Assembly (NCBI GenBank): GCA_910578555.1
Contig: CAJTPS010000001.1
Coordinates: 94,108 to 158,107 of the forward strand
Length of the DNA: 64,000 bases
Reading direction: 5' to 3'
Source: an uncultured Lachnospiraceae bacterium
Lineage (GTDB): Bacteria; Bacillota; Clostridia; Lachnospirales; Lachnospiraceae
Below, piece by piece: positions 39,582 to 48,124 of this stretch. Position numbers and translations under genes: made by a program. Every line of letters starts with the position of its first letter. Within the stretch, counting starts at the first letter, position 1. Below the pieces are notes generated by a model. It ran no database searches. It saw only the letters and a list, made by a program, of their open reading frames with translations, and was not told the DNA's origin.

Positions 39582-40658
39582 TTATTCTGCCGTGCCTGCA
39601 GTAACGTCAATTTCTCCGGAATTGATGTCTGCAACGACCTGTGCCACAGTATCCTGAAGTTCCGCGGACAGCTGGTTAAATTCGGTGTCCGTGTACAAAG
39701 CCAGACCGTAGGAGAGACCGTACACTTTGTCTCCGCTTTCAAATGTGCCTTTGAAGGAAGCATCGCCTTCCATGTATAGGGCTTCATCAATAGGCTTTAA
39801 TGCCGACCAGATAACACAGTCGCTCACATCGCCCTGATAGTCGTCGCTTCCGATGCACTTGATGCCCATTTCCTCACAGCCGGCGATAACACCCAGACCG
39901 CTTTGGGAAGCCGATTGGAAGATTAAATCGACGCCTTCATTCTGAATCATCAGTTTTGCCACTTCCTGGCCTTTGACGGGGTCCTGATCGTCACCGACAT
40001 AAGCAACCGCTACTTCGATGGAAGGATCGATATAGTGAACGCCGTTGATATAGCCGTCCCTGTATTTGCGGCTCACGGGTCTGTCTGCATGGGCAATAAA
40101 GCCTACTTTTTTCGCTGCCGTATTATTTGCAGCTACAACGCCGGCTATAAATGCTGCTTCAGTCGGGTCCACGGATACGGAACTTACATTCGGCTCATTG
40201 GTCTGCATGTCCACGTCGCAGAGTACAAAATCCGTGTCCGGATATTCCGGAGCAAGCCTGAGTGCGATTTCCGATAAGTCTCCCCACATCAGGTATACGG
40301 GATTGGCGCCCATGTCTGCCATGGCGCGGACTTGATCTTCGTATTCGGCGCTGTCCAGCGTTTCGACGGTCCGAAGTGTGGCGCCCTGCTCCTCGGCAAG
40401 ACGGTCCAGGCCTTTGATAGAGAGGGCAATAAAGGGATCGCCTACGGTAGCGGGGACCAGAAGTCCGATCGTTTTGTCTGTCGTTTCGGCGGAGTTGTCT
40501 GCCGGCGCTTCCGTCTGTGTATCCTGAGCGGCGCCGTCTGTATTCTCCGCATTTGCGGACGGCGCTGCGGGAGTCTGCGGTTTTGCGCCGCAGCCTGTTA
40601 CACATGTGAATGCCAAAGCTGTGGTTAATAAAATTGCCGTGATTTTCTTACCTTTCAT
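39582..40658 (-). CDS. BMP/PnrA-family ABC substrate-binding lipoprotein
   Basis: Lipobox VTGC; AFIAGVVAA, DPVKGQE, CIGSD and SALK patterns; upstream of the CUT2 ABC genes. Confidence 0.88.
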   Translation of the reverse strand: MKGKKITAILLTTALAFTCVTGCGAKPQTPAAPSANAENTDGAAQDTQTEAPADNSAETTDKTIGLLVPATVGDPFIALSIKGLDRLAEEQGATLRTVETLDSAEYEDQVRAMADMGANPVYLMWGDLSEIALRLAPEYPDTDFVLCDVDMQTNEPNVSSVSVDPTEAAFIAGVVAANNTAAKKVGFIAHADRPVSRKYRDGYINGVHYIDPSIEVAVAYVGDDQDPVKGQEVAKLMIQNEGVDLIFQSASQSGLGVIAGCEEMGIKCIGSDDYQGDVSDCVIWSALKPIDEALYMEGDASFKGTFESGDKVYGLSYGLALYTDTEFNQLSAELQDTVAQVVADINSGEIDVTAGTAE

Positions 40659-40707
40659 AATGTGTCCTCCTTTTTAAGTGTAGAAAAGTGTTTCGGATTT
40701 AGGTGGG

Positions 40708-42162
40708 TTATTGAGAACGCGAAGCATTCTCCGAACCATGTGCACAGGCACCCGGCTCGCTATATTGAATGACGGCTTTCAGCGTTTTCTCAGACAAGGA
40801 TGTAATCGACTGGCTTTCCATCGTTCTGACGTACGTGTCGAGCTGATCTTTCAACGGCTCCGTAAATTTACGGTCAAGTGCGCCGGAGCCTGACATAACG
40901 CCGTATGCATGTCCGATGGGACCACCGGTGCAATCGTTATCCTGTCCTGCCATCATTAATATCGTCATTGCTTTCTGAAAGTCGTTCCCGGCGAAATAGA
41001 CTGCCACGACTTCCGCCGCAAGATTCGGGTAGGTATGTACCCAGTTATATTCTTTGTATTTTGCCTCACATAATTCGCACGCCTGTCTGTAATTCTCCGA
41101 TTGCCCGCAGGCTTTGTAAGCATAATCGAGGACGGAGTAGAATTCGCTGTCTGCCGGAATTGCTTTCATAGCCTTCGTGAGAACAACCCGCATATCTGTT
41201 TCAACATATGCCATGGAAACGATGACAGCGTTAAAAACTTCTGCAAGGATTCCATTATTATGGTGAGAGATCCTGCCATCTTTCCAGGCGAGTTCGGCAG
41301 CTTTCCGGGGATTGCCCGGCGCCAGTGCTCCGCAGACCGCGGCCCGCATGGCGGCGCCGATCATCTCCCGGTAGGGGTTGGCGAGATATCCGCTTTGCGG
41401 CGGATAGATCCCGTTTCGCAGATGGTTTAGGGCAACTTCTTCTGCGGTATAAGCAAAGGGGATATATCCGACCCACTGGTCGGCGATATCTTCCGATGTA
41501 ATCTCAAAACCTTTTTGGCAGAATGCTTCTAACAGCGCCAGCTCAAAGGTAATATCATCGTTGAGCGTTTCCGGCGGTTTCACGTAGTCTGTGATCTCGC
41601 CAAACACCTCCCATATTCTGGAAGACTTAAAGCCTTCTATCGCCGTGCCGAGAGCAGAACCGATAATCTCGCCAAGCCATCCGCCGTGAATCTGTTCGAA
41701 CAATCTTTTATCATCAGGCAGATGATAATCGGGATATTCCGGAAGCTCTACAGCTTTCTCATACTGTTCAAAATCTTCATAGATTGTGTAGGACCAGTAA
41801 GGGTGGCCGGGAATTTTCTCCGCTTCGGCCAAGGCCTTAAAGACGCGGGCGTTAATAATCTGAAGGCGCATCAGATCGTCTTTATCTATGGCATCGAATG
41901 CCTGCGGAATCAGGAGTTCGGCCGATTCCACATCATATCCCATGTTTTTCATGCTTGATATGGCACCCAGCATTTTAGAATAGGGGGCTTTGGACTCCGG
42001 AAGAGGTTTCTTCCATGCTCCTTTTCCGTTTTCGAGCATTTGCGCTGCTTCTTCCAACATTTTCCCTTCCAGAAGAGAGTCCCACTGAATCAGGTCAGTT
42101 CTGTTCTTTACGGGCATAGCGCCGCAGAACATTTCATAATCATATTCCCATGCGTGTTTCAT
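40708..42162 (-). CDS. ADP-ribosylglycohydrolase family protein with N-terminal extension
   Basis: GEIIGSALGTAIEG, NDDITFE, ISHHNNG and GQDNDCTGG Mg-binding motifs. Confidence 0.88.
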   Translation of the reverse strand: MKHAWEYDYEMFCGAMPVKNRTDLIQWDSLLEGKMLEEAAQMLENGKGAWKKPLPESKAPYSKMLGAISSMKNMGYDVESAELLIPQAFDAIDKDDLMRLQIINARVFKALAEAEKIPGHPYWSYTIYEDFEQYEKAVELPEYPDYHLPDDKRLFEQIHGGWLGEIIGSALGTAIEGFKSSRIWEVFGEITDYVKPPETLNDDITFELALLEAFCQKGFEITSEDIADQWVGYIPFAYTAEEVALNHLRNGIYPPQSGYLANPYREMIGAAMRAAVCGALAPGNPRKAAELAWKDGRISHHNNGILAEVFNAVIVSMAYVETDMRVVLTKAMKAIPADSEFYSVLDYAYKACGQSENYRQACELCEAKYKEYNWVHTYPNLAAEVVAVYFAGNDFQKAMTILMMAGQDNDCTGGPIGHAYGVMSGSGALDRKFTEPLKDQLDTYVRTMESQSITSLSEKTLKAVIQYSEPGACAHGSENASRSQ

Positions 42163-42266
42163 TTTTCCTCCATTTCTGCGCTGCTTTCGTCTTGGTTTGA
42201 GTAAGACATCACCTCAGCGAGTTTGCGGCAGGCAGCGCGCAGATACAAATCTCGCGGTTGATCATT

Positions 42267-43172
42267 CTAATGTGCGATCTGTTTGGCCATCTTACGGCAC
42301 ACTTCCGAATGATCCGGAATGCTTGGCGACGCACCGTGTCTGCTTACTGACAGGGAGCTTGCAAGACTGGCGTATTTCATGGCTTCCTGTGGAGAAGTGC
42401 CGCGGGCGATTCCGGCAAGAAAGTATCCGGTAAAAGTATCCCCGGCGCCGGTAGTATCAATCACGTCTGTCCGGAAGATTTCCTGATAAAACATGACCGA
42501 TGCATCTGCGTAATAGGAACCTTTGTCCCCTAAGGTCAGCACAAAGACTGATTCCGGATATTTTATTCGCAGTTCCAGCAGGATCTCTTCTGCATCTTCG
42601 GTGTGTGTGTCTGCCAGTTTTCTGCCTTCCACTTCGTTGAGTATAAAGTAATCAGTTCTCCGCAGATTATAATGGCCGATTGAGCCGCTTATGGGGGAGG
42701 GATTGAATGCAACCGTAAGCCCCCTTTCCTTTGCTTGCTCTAAGGCGTATGATACGTTGGATATTTCATTCTGCAAAAGCAGCATGTCTCCCCGGTTGAA
42801 ATGGTTTAACACTTGATCTATGTATTCCGGTGTCACATAGCTGTTGGCGCCGCCGAAGATCATGATTTTATTCTGCCCGTCACGGTTGACCTGAATGACG
42901 GCGTGCCCGGACAGTTCTTGATTTTTGCGGATCAGTTCTGTTTTGACACCTGCTTTTTCAAGTGTTTCCAACAGAACATCGCCATCCTGCCCGACACATC
43001 CGGCATGGAAGACGTCGGCACCTGCTTTTGCCAGGGCGATGGACTGATTCAGACCTTTTCCACCGCAGAATTCTTCGTATGCTATCGCCTGAATGGTTTC
43101 ACCCGCTTCCGCGAAATGATCTACTGTGTAAGTTTTGTCGATGTTCAGAGAGCCTAAATTTAGTACTTTCAT
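42267..43172 (-). CDS. rbsK: Ribokinase (PfkB family)
   Basis: GSLNID, GGKGLNQ, LQNEI, LNEVE, DTTGAGDTF; RBS GGAGG. Confidence 0.88.
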   Translation of the reverse strand: MKVLNLGSLNIDKTYTVDHFAEAGETIQAIAYEEFCGGKGLNQSIALAKAGADVFHAGCVGQDGDVLLETLEKAGVKTELIRKNQELSGHAVIQVNRDGQNKIMIFGGANSYVTPEYIDQVLNHFNRGDMLLLQNEISNVSYALEQAKERGLTVAFNPSPISGSIGHYNLRRTDYFILNEVEGRKLADTHTEDAEEILLELRIKYPESVFVLTLGDKGSYYADASVMFYQEIFRTDVIDTTGAGDTFTGYFLAGIARGTSPQEAMKYASLASSLSVSRHGASPSIPDHSEVCRKMAKQIAH

Positions 43173-43186
43173 GCAACCTCCCATAA

Positions 43187-43211
43187 GAAACAGTTTTCCG
43201 AAACAGTTTTC
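43187..43211. promoter_or_regulatory. Tandem GAAACAGTTTTC sites, candidate LacI-family operator
   Basis: Two exact copies (43187-98, 43200-11) between the divergent rbsK and LacI genes; a one-mismatch inverted copy at 40683-40694. Confidence 0.55.
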
Positions 43212-43353
43212 TTATACATAAAATACCATTGCGATTAAAGTATGTCAATACATTTTGTGCAATTTACATATTTTGCCGAAACATGCAAATCATCTTTTAA
43301 TTTGGCTGCTTTTCACTTATAATGGATTTACAGACGGGAGGAGGGACAGCTTC

Positions 43354-45249
43354 ATGAATATACGTGAACTTGCGGAACTTGCCGGCGTCTCGGCATCTAC
43401 GGTTTCCAAGATTATGAATAATAAAGACGGCAGCATCAGTCCGTCAACAAGAGAACGTGTATTACAGATTGCAAAACAGTACAATTACCAGTCCTACTCG
43501 TCTCTGATCGATAAGGGAACGACAACGCTGACTCTTGGCGTCGTGTTTCGTTGCGCTTCCGGCATTAATATGACATTAAACGGTATATTGAAGGCGGCAC
43601 AGGATGCCGGATATACGGTTATGCTTCGCGAAAGTGATGATGATCTTGAGAAAGAGGCAAGAAATATCTCTGTCCTTTGTTCCCACCATGTGGATGGGAT
43701 GATATGGGAATTTGTGGATTCAGCAAGTGCAGAGCAGCTGCAGGTTCTTTCGCGCAACAATATTCCGGCTGTGATTTTTCATTCGGGTCATGAGGGCGCC
43801 GCCAATATAGACTACAAAGAATTGGGTTATAACGCTGTGCAGACGCTGATTGATGCGGGGCATACGGGAATAGCATGTATTAACACACAGGGAATCGGGA
43901 TGGAGGCGTTTGTGGAAGGATATCGCCAATGTCTGTTTCAAAACCATATTCCGCTGGAAGAGGAACTGGTTTACGATCAAATCGACAGCACACTGGTGCA
44001 TAAGATATCGTCTCACGCGATCAGCGGCATTGTAAGTTCCTGCTATGCAGCGGCGGCAAGTCTCTATGATGCCGTAAGAAAGCTGCACTACGAGATTCCG
44101 TATGACATTTCTCTTGTCTCGTTGAGAGATGATTCGTGGGAAAAGGATGTGCTGCGGCCGATTTCCACCTTTACGATTCCCCATTATGAGTTTGGGGAGT
44201 ATCTGTGTAACAGGCTGATCGGTGAAATTGAAAGAGGAGAGACATCGTTTCCGCCGTTCTGCAAGTCTGTTATGCTGGACAATGAAGATTCTGTCGGCAT
44301 TCCGTACAATAATCATTCTAAGAAGATCGCAGTCATAGGGAGCATTAATATAGATAATTATCTGAAAATGAGTGTGCTTCCGCGCACCGGAAAGACGGTT
44401 AACTCATCTCTTTCCGCTTCTTATGTGGGGGGAAAGGCGATCAATGAGGCTGTAGGAGTCGCAAGGCTGGGGCATAGAGTTTCCGTGATCGGACGCGTAG
44501 GAAATGATGTGGATTCTGATTTGGTTTTTCAGGAGTTGAACGCACAGGGGGTTGATGCAATCGGTGTGAAACGATGTTCCGGATACCGGACCGGTCAGGC
44601 GTATATTTTTGTACAGAGTGACGGCGACTCCATGATATCTATTATGTCCGGGGCAAATGAGGCTCTTACCGCGAAGGATATATGCGAATCTGAGCGCATC
44701 TTTGAAAATGCTGCATTTTGTCTGGTTCAGACGGAAATTCCTATGGAAACCGTGGTGGAAGCATGCCGGACTGCCGGGAAATACGGTGCGCAGACAATTT
44801 TAAAACCGGTTGCATGCGGCGTCCTTCCGACAGTACTTCTAGAAAATGTTGACGTGATTGTGCCGAATGCGGAGGAAATTGCTGCAATCTGTCCGTTTGC
44901 GGGTGATATGGACAAACAGGCCGAGTATCTTCTGGAACAGGGGGTAGGCACGGTTATTGTCACGCTGGGAGCGGAGGGATGTTTTGTGAAGACGAGGCAG
45001 GCAGCGGAACGTTTCCCGGCGGTGCCTTTTGATGTGATAGACGCTTCAGGTGCAGCGGATGCCTTTATCAGTGCACTTGCTTCCTATCTGCTTGACGGAC
45101 ATACCCTATATGCGGCGGTTAAAATTGCTTCCTATGCAGCCGGATTCAGTATCTCGAGAGAAGGTGTGGCACCGGCTTTGATTGATAAAAATACGCTGGA
45201 GGATTATATTATGCAGAGAGAGCCGGAATTGCTGCAGATGGTAAAATAG
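43354..45249 (+). CDS. LacI-family regulator fused to a C-terminal ribokinase-like (PfkB) domain
   Basis: MNIRELAELAGVSASTVSKIMN HTH and periplasmic-BP-like core, then GSINID, GGKAINEA, VPNAEE, DASGAADAF. Confidence 0.9.
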   Translation: MNIRELAELAGVSASTVSKIMNNKDGSISPSTRERVLQIAKQYNYQSYSSLIDKGTTTLTLGVVFRCASGINMTLNGILKAAQDAGYTVMLRESDDDLEKEARNISVLCSHHVDGMIWEFVDSASAEQLQVLSRNNIPAVIFHSGHEGAANIDYKELGYNAVQTLIDAGHTGIACINTQGIGMEAFVEGYRQCLFQNHIPLEEELVYDQIDSTLVHKISSHAISGIVSSCYAAAASLYDAVRKLHYEIPYDISLVSLRDDSWEKDVLRPISTFTIPHYEFGEYLCNRLIGEIERGETSFPPFCKSVMLDNEDSVGIPYNNHSKKIAVIGSINIDNYLKMSVLPRTGKTVNSSLSASYVGGKAINEAVGVARLGHRVSVIGRVGNDVDSDLVFQELNAQGVDAIGVKRCSGYRTGQAYIFVQSDGDSMISIMSGANEALTAKDICESERIFENAAFCLVQTEIPMETVVEACRTAGKYGAQTILKPVACGVLPTVLLENVDVIVPNAEEIAAICPFAGDMDKQAEYLLEQGVGTVIVTLGAEGCFVKTRQAAERFPAVPFDVIDASGAADAFISALASYLLDGHTLYAAVKIASYAAGFSISREGVAPALIDKNTLEDYIMQREPELLQMVK

Positions 45250-45255
45250 TCTGTT

Positions 45256-45316
45256 AGTAACAGTTTAGCCTTGCACTATTCCGCGAGTCAGTGAAGCCGA
45301 AGGCTGAACTGATACT
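45256..45316. repeat. Inverted-repeat-bounded element, family 3, copy 2
   Basis: AGTAACAGTTTAGCC ... GGCTGAACTGATACT; inner GCACTATTC matches GCGCTATTC of the copy at 20027. Confidence 0.6.
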
Positions 45317-45389
45317 TCTGTCAGTGTGTTTGGCGTATTTGGAATAGATCGGGGAATTTCTCATAATGATAAAAAGAAGGAGGCTGCGT

Positions 45390-47975
45390 ATGAAACTACT
45401 GGTGATCGGGGGTGTGGCGGCAGGAACGAAGGCTGCCGCGAAATATAAGCGGGTGAATCCCGAAGCGGAGGTGACGATCGTCACCAAAGGAAAAGATATA
45501 TCCTATGCGGGATGCGGACTGCCGTATTATGTGGGCGGCGCAATCACTGACAAAGAACAGCTGATTGTGAATACACCGGAGAAATACAGTGCGCTGACCG
45601 GCGCGAAGGTGTATCCGCAGAGAGAAGTGACAGCGCTTGACACGGCAGGAAAGAAAGCGACGGCGAAGAATATCCGCACGGGAGCGGAAGAAATCTACGA
45701 GTATGATAAATGTATTGTGGCTGTCGGTGCGTCTCCGGTGGTACCGCCGCTTCCGGGCTTAAGCCTGCCGGGCGTGTTCGTGATGCGCACGCCGGAAGAT
45801 GCGATTGAAACGAGAGATTATATCGCAAGAGACCACGTGAAGCGTGCGGTAGTCGTGGGCGGCGGATTTATCGGTCTGGAAGTGGCTGAGAATCTGCTGG
45901 AAAAAGGATTAGAAGTGACATTGATCGATATGGCGCCCCAGATCATGCCGGGCTTCGATCATGAGATGGCGGATTATGCGGTACGGCATCTTGCGAAAAA
46001 GGGTATCAAGGTGATGACGGGCACGAGGCTGGAAGGCGTGACGGGAGAAGAACGTGCGGAAGGCGTGCAGACAGACAAGGGTCTGCTTGCGGCTGATGTG
46101 GTGATTCTGTCTATTGGTATCCGTCCGAATACCGGGTTTCTGCAGGATACGGGCATCGAAATGTTTAAGGGGACGATTCTGGTGGATGACCGGATGGCCA
46201 CTAACGTGGCAGATGTCTATGCGGCGGGAGACTGTGCGATGGTGAAAAACCGTCTCACCGGAGAGAGACAGTGGTCGCCGATGGGTTCTTCCGCCAACAT
46301 GGAAGGACGTACTCTTGCCCTTGCGCTGGGCGGCAGAGAAGTGTCCTATCCGGGTGTATTGGGAACCGGCGTGGTGAAACTGCCCGGACTGTCGGGCGGC
46401 AGGACCGGACTGTCGGAGGAACAGGCGAAGGCGGCAGGTTATGAACCGATCTGCGTTCTGGCAGTGACTGACGATAAGGCGCATTATTATCCGGACAGCG
46501 CGTGGTTTGCCATTAAGCTGGTGGCGGACGCAGAGACACATAAGCTGCTGGGCGTGCAGGTATTAGGGCCCGGCGCGGTCGATAAAGTGACGGATATCGG
46601 TGTGATGGCAGTGACATTCGGGGCGGCATTGGAGCAGATGACTTGTCTGGATCTGTCTTACGCACCGCCTTTCTCGACAGCAATCCATCCGTTTGTGCAG
46701 GCGGTACATATGCTGCTCAACAAGATACACGGGGATCTGGACAGCTTCACGCCCGCGGAATATCTGGCAGGCGCGGCAGAAGGCTACCGGGTGATAGACG
46801 TCCATCCTGCGGGCCCCAGCATCCCGGGGGCAACCTATGTGGATCTGCTGAAAGTCAAAGGAGAGGTTCCGGGAATTGCAAAGGATGAAAAACTTCTGCT
46901 TGTCTGTGCAAAGGGCAAGAGAGGGTATCTGCTGCAGAACAGGCTGAAACGCTATGGCTATACGAATACAAAGGTGCTGGAAGGCGCTTCTTTCTTCAAC
47001 GTGGTCAAAGCGGCGGGCACGCCCGGCGTGGTGACAATTCCGGCAGAGGAAATTACCCGTGTGAAAGCGTTTGGCTGTCTGCACAATAAAGGAACAGATA
47101 ATTTCAACGTCCGTGTAATAACAAGAAACGGTAAGATTACAACAGCGGAACATAAGAAGATCGCGGAGGCGGCGGAAAGGTTCGGAAGCGGCGACGTGGT
47201 CATGACGACACGCCTGACGATGGAGATTGTAGGCGTACCTTTTGACAGAATAGAAGAACTGCGTGCCTTTCTGGCGCAGGAAGGACTGGAGACCGGAGGA
47301 ACAGGTTCTAAAGTGCGTCCCGTCGTTGCCTGCAAGGGAACGACCTGCCAATATGGTCTGCTGGATTCCTACGATTTGTCAGAGAAGATCCATGAGCGGT
47401 TTTTCCATGGCTATGCGGACGTCAAACTGCCGCATAAGTTTAAGATTGCAGTAGGCGGCTGCCCGAATAACTGCGTGAAACCAGATCTGAATGATTTTGG
47501 CATTGTGGGTCAGAAAGTTCCGGTGATTGATCTGGAGAAATGCCGCGGATGCGGTAAATGTCAGGTTTCGCTGGCATGTCCGGTGGGCGCGTCCCAGGTA
47601 GTGGACGGCAAGCTGGTAATCGATCCCGATCAGTGTAATAACTGCGGCCGCTGCGTGGGCAAATGCCCGTTTAAGGCAGCGGAGGAGAGCGCTTACGGCT
47701 ACCGCATCTACATCGGCGGACGCTGGGGCAAGAGAGTTGCGCAGGGGCAGAAGCTGGATAAGATTTTCCTGGATGAGGAAGAAGTTCTCTCCGTATTAGA
47801 GAAAGCGATTCTGCTGTTCCGCGAACAGGGTAAGACGGGAGAGCGCTTCGCGGATACGATCAGCAGGATCGGTTTTGAGAATGTGCAGGCGCAGCTTATG
47901 TCGGATGAGATTCTGAAGTATAAGGACGATATTCTGAATGCGAAGATGCATATGAAGGGCGGGGCAACCTGTTAA
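45390..47975 (+). CDS. Multidomain oxidoreductase: CoA-disulfide-reductase/NADH-oxidase FAD domain + rhodanese + siroheme-type nitrite/sulfite reductase + 4Fe-4S ferredoxin
   Basis: IGGVAAG, SYAGCGLPY, GGGFIGLE, YAAGDC, YAPPFS; LLVCAKGKRG; CKGTTCQYG and GCPNNC; CRGCGKC..CP and CNNCGRCVGKCP. Confidence 0.9.
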   Translation: MKLLVIGGVAAGTKAAAKYKRVNPEAEVTIVTKGKDISYAGCGLPYYVGGAITDKEQLIVNTPEKYSALTGAKVYPQREVTALDTAGKKATAKNIRTGAEEIYEYDKCIVAVGASPVVPPLPGLSLPGVFVMRTPEDAIETRDYIARDHVKRAVVVGGGFIGLEVAENLLEKGLEVTLIDMAPQIMPGFDHEMADYAVRHLAKKGIKVMTGTRLEGVTGEERAEGVQTDKGLLAADVVILSIGIRPNTGFLQDTGIEMFKGTILVDDRMATNVADVYAAGDCAMVKNRLTGERQWSPMGSSANMEGRTLALALGGREVSYPGVLGTGVVKLPGLSGGRTGLSEEQAKAAGYEPICVLAVTDDKAHYYPDSAWFAIKLVADAETHKLLGVQVLGPGAVDKVTDIGVMAVTFGAALEQMTCLDLSYAPPFSTAIHPFVQAVHMLLNKIHGDLDSFTPAEYLAGAAEGYRVIDVHPAGPSIPGATYVDLLKVKGEVPGIAKDEKLLLVCAKGKRGYLLQNRLKRYGYTNTKVLEGASFFNVVKAAGTPGVVTIPAEEITRVKAFGCLHNKGTDNFNVRVITRNGKITTAEHKKIAEAAERFGSGDVVMTTRLTMEIVGVPFDRIEELRAFLAQEGLETGGTGSKVRPVVACKGTTCQYGLLDSYDLSEKIHERFFHGYADVKLPHKFKIAVGGCPNNCVKPDLNDFGIVGQKVPVIDLEKCRGCGKCQVSLACPVGASQVVDGKLVIDPDQCNNCGRCVGKCPFKAAEESAYGYRIYIGGRWGKRVAQGQKLDKIFLDEEEVLSVLEKAILLFREQGKTGERFADTISRIGFENVQAQLMSDEILKYKDDILNAKMHMKGGATC

Positions 47976-48124
47976 TAAGACATAAAGTTATACTAGGGCG
48001 GTACGGAACACCGCCTGAGTATAACTATATTATGTCTGCGAGAATGCAAAAAGCATGCATTCTCGATGCACTTTCATTGAATAAAATCGCATTTTGACGC
48101 CTTTATCAGTGAGGTAAAATAGCG

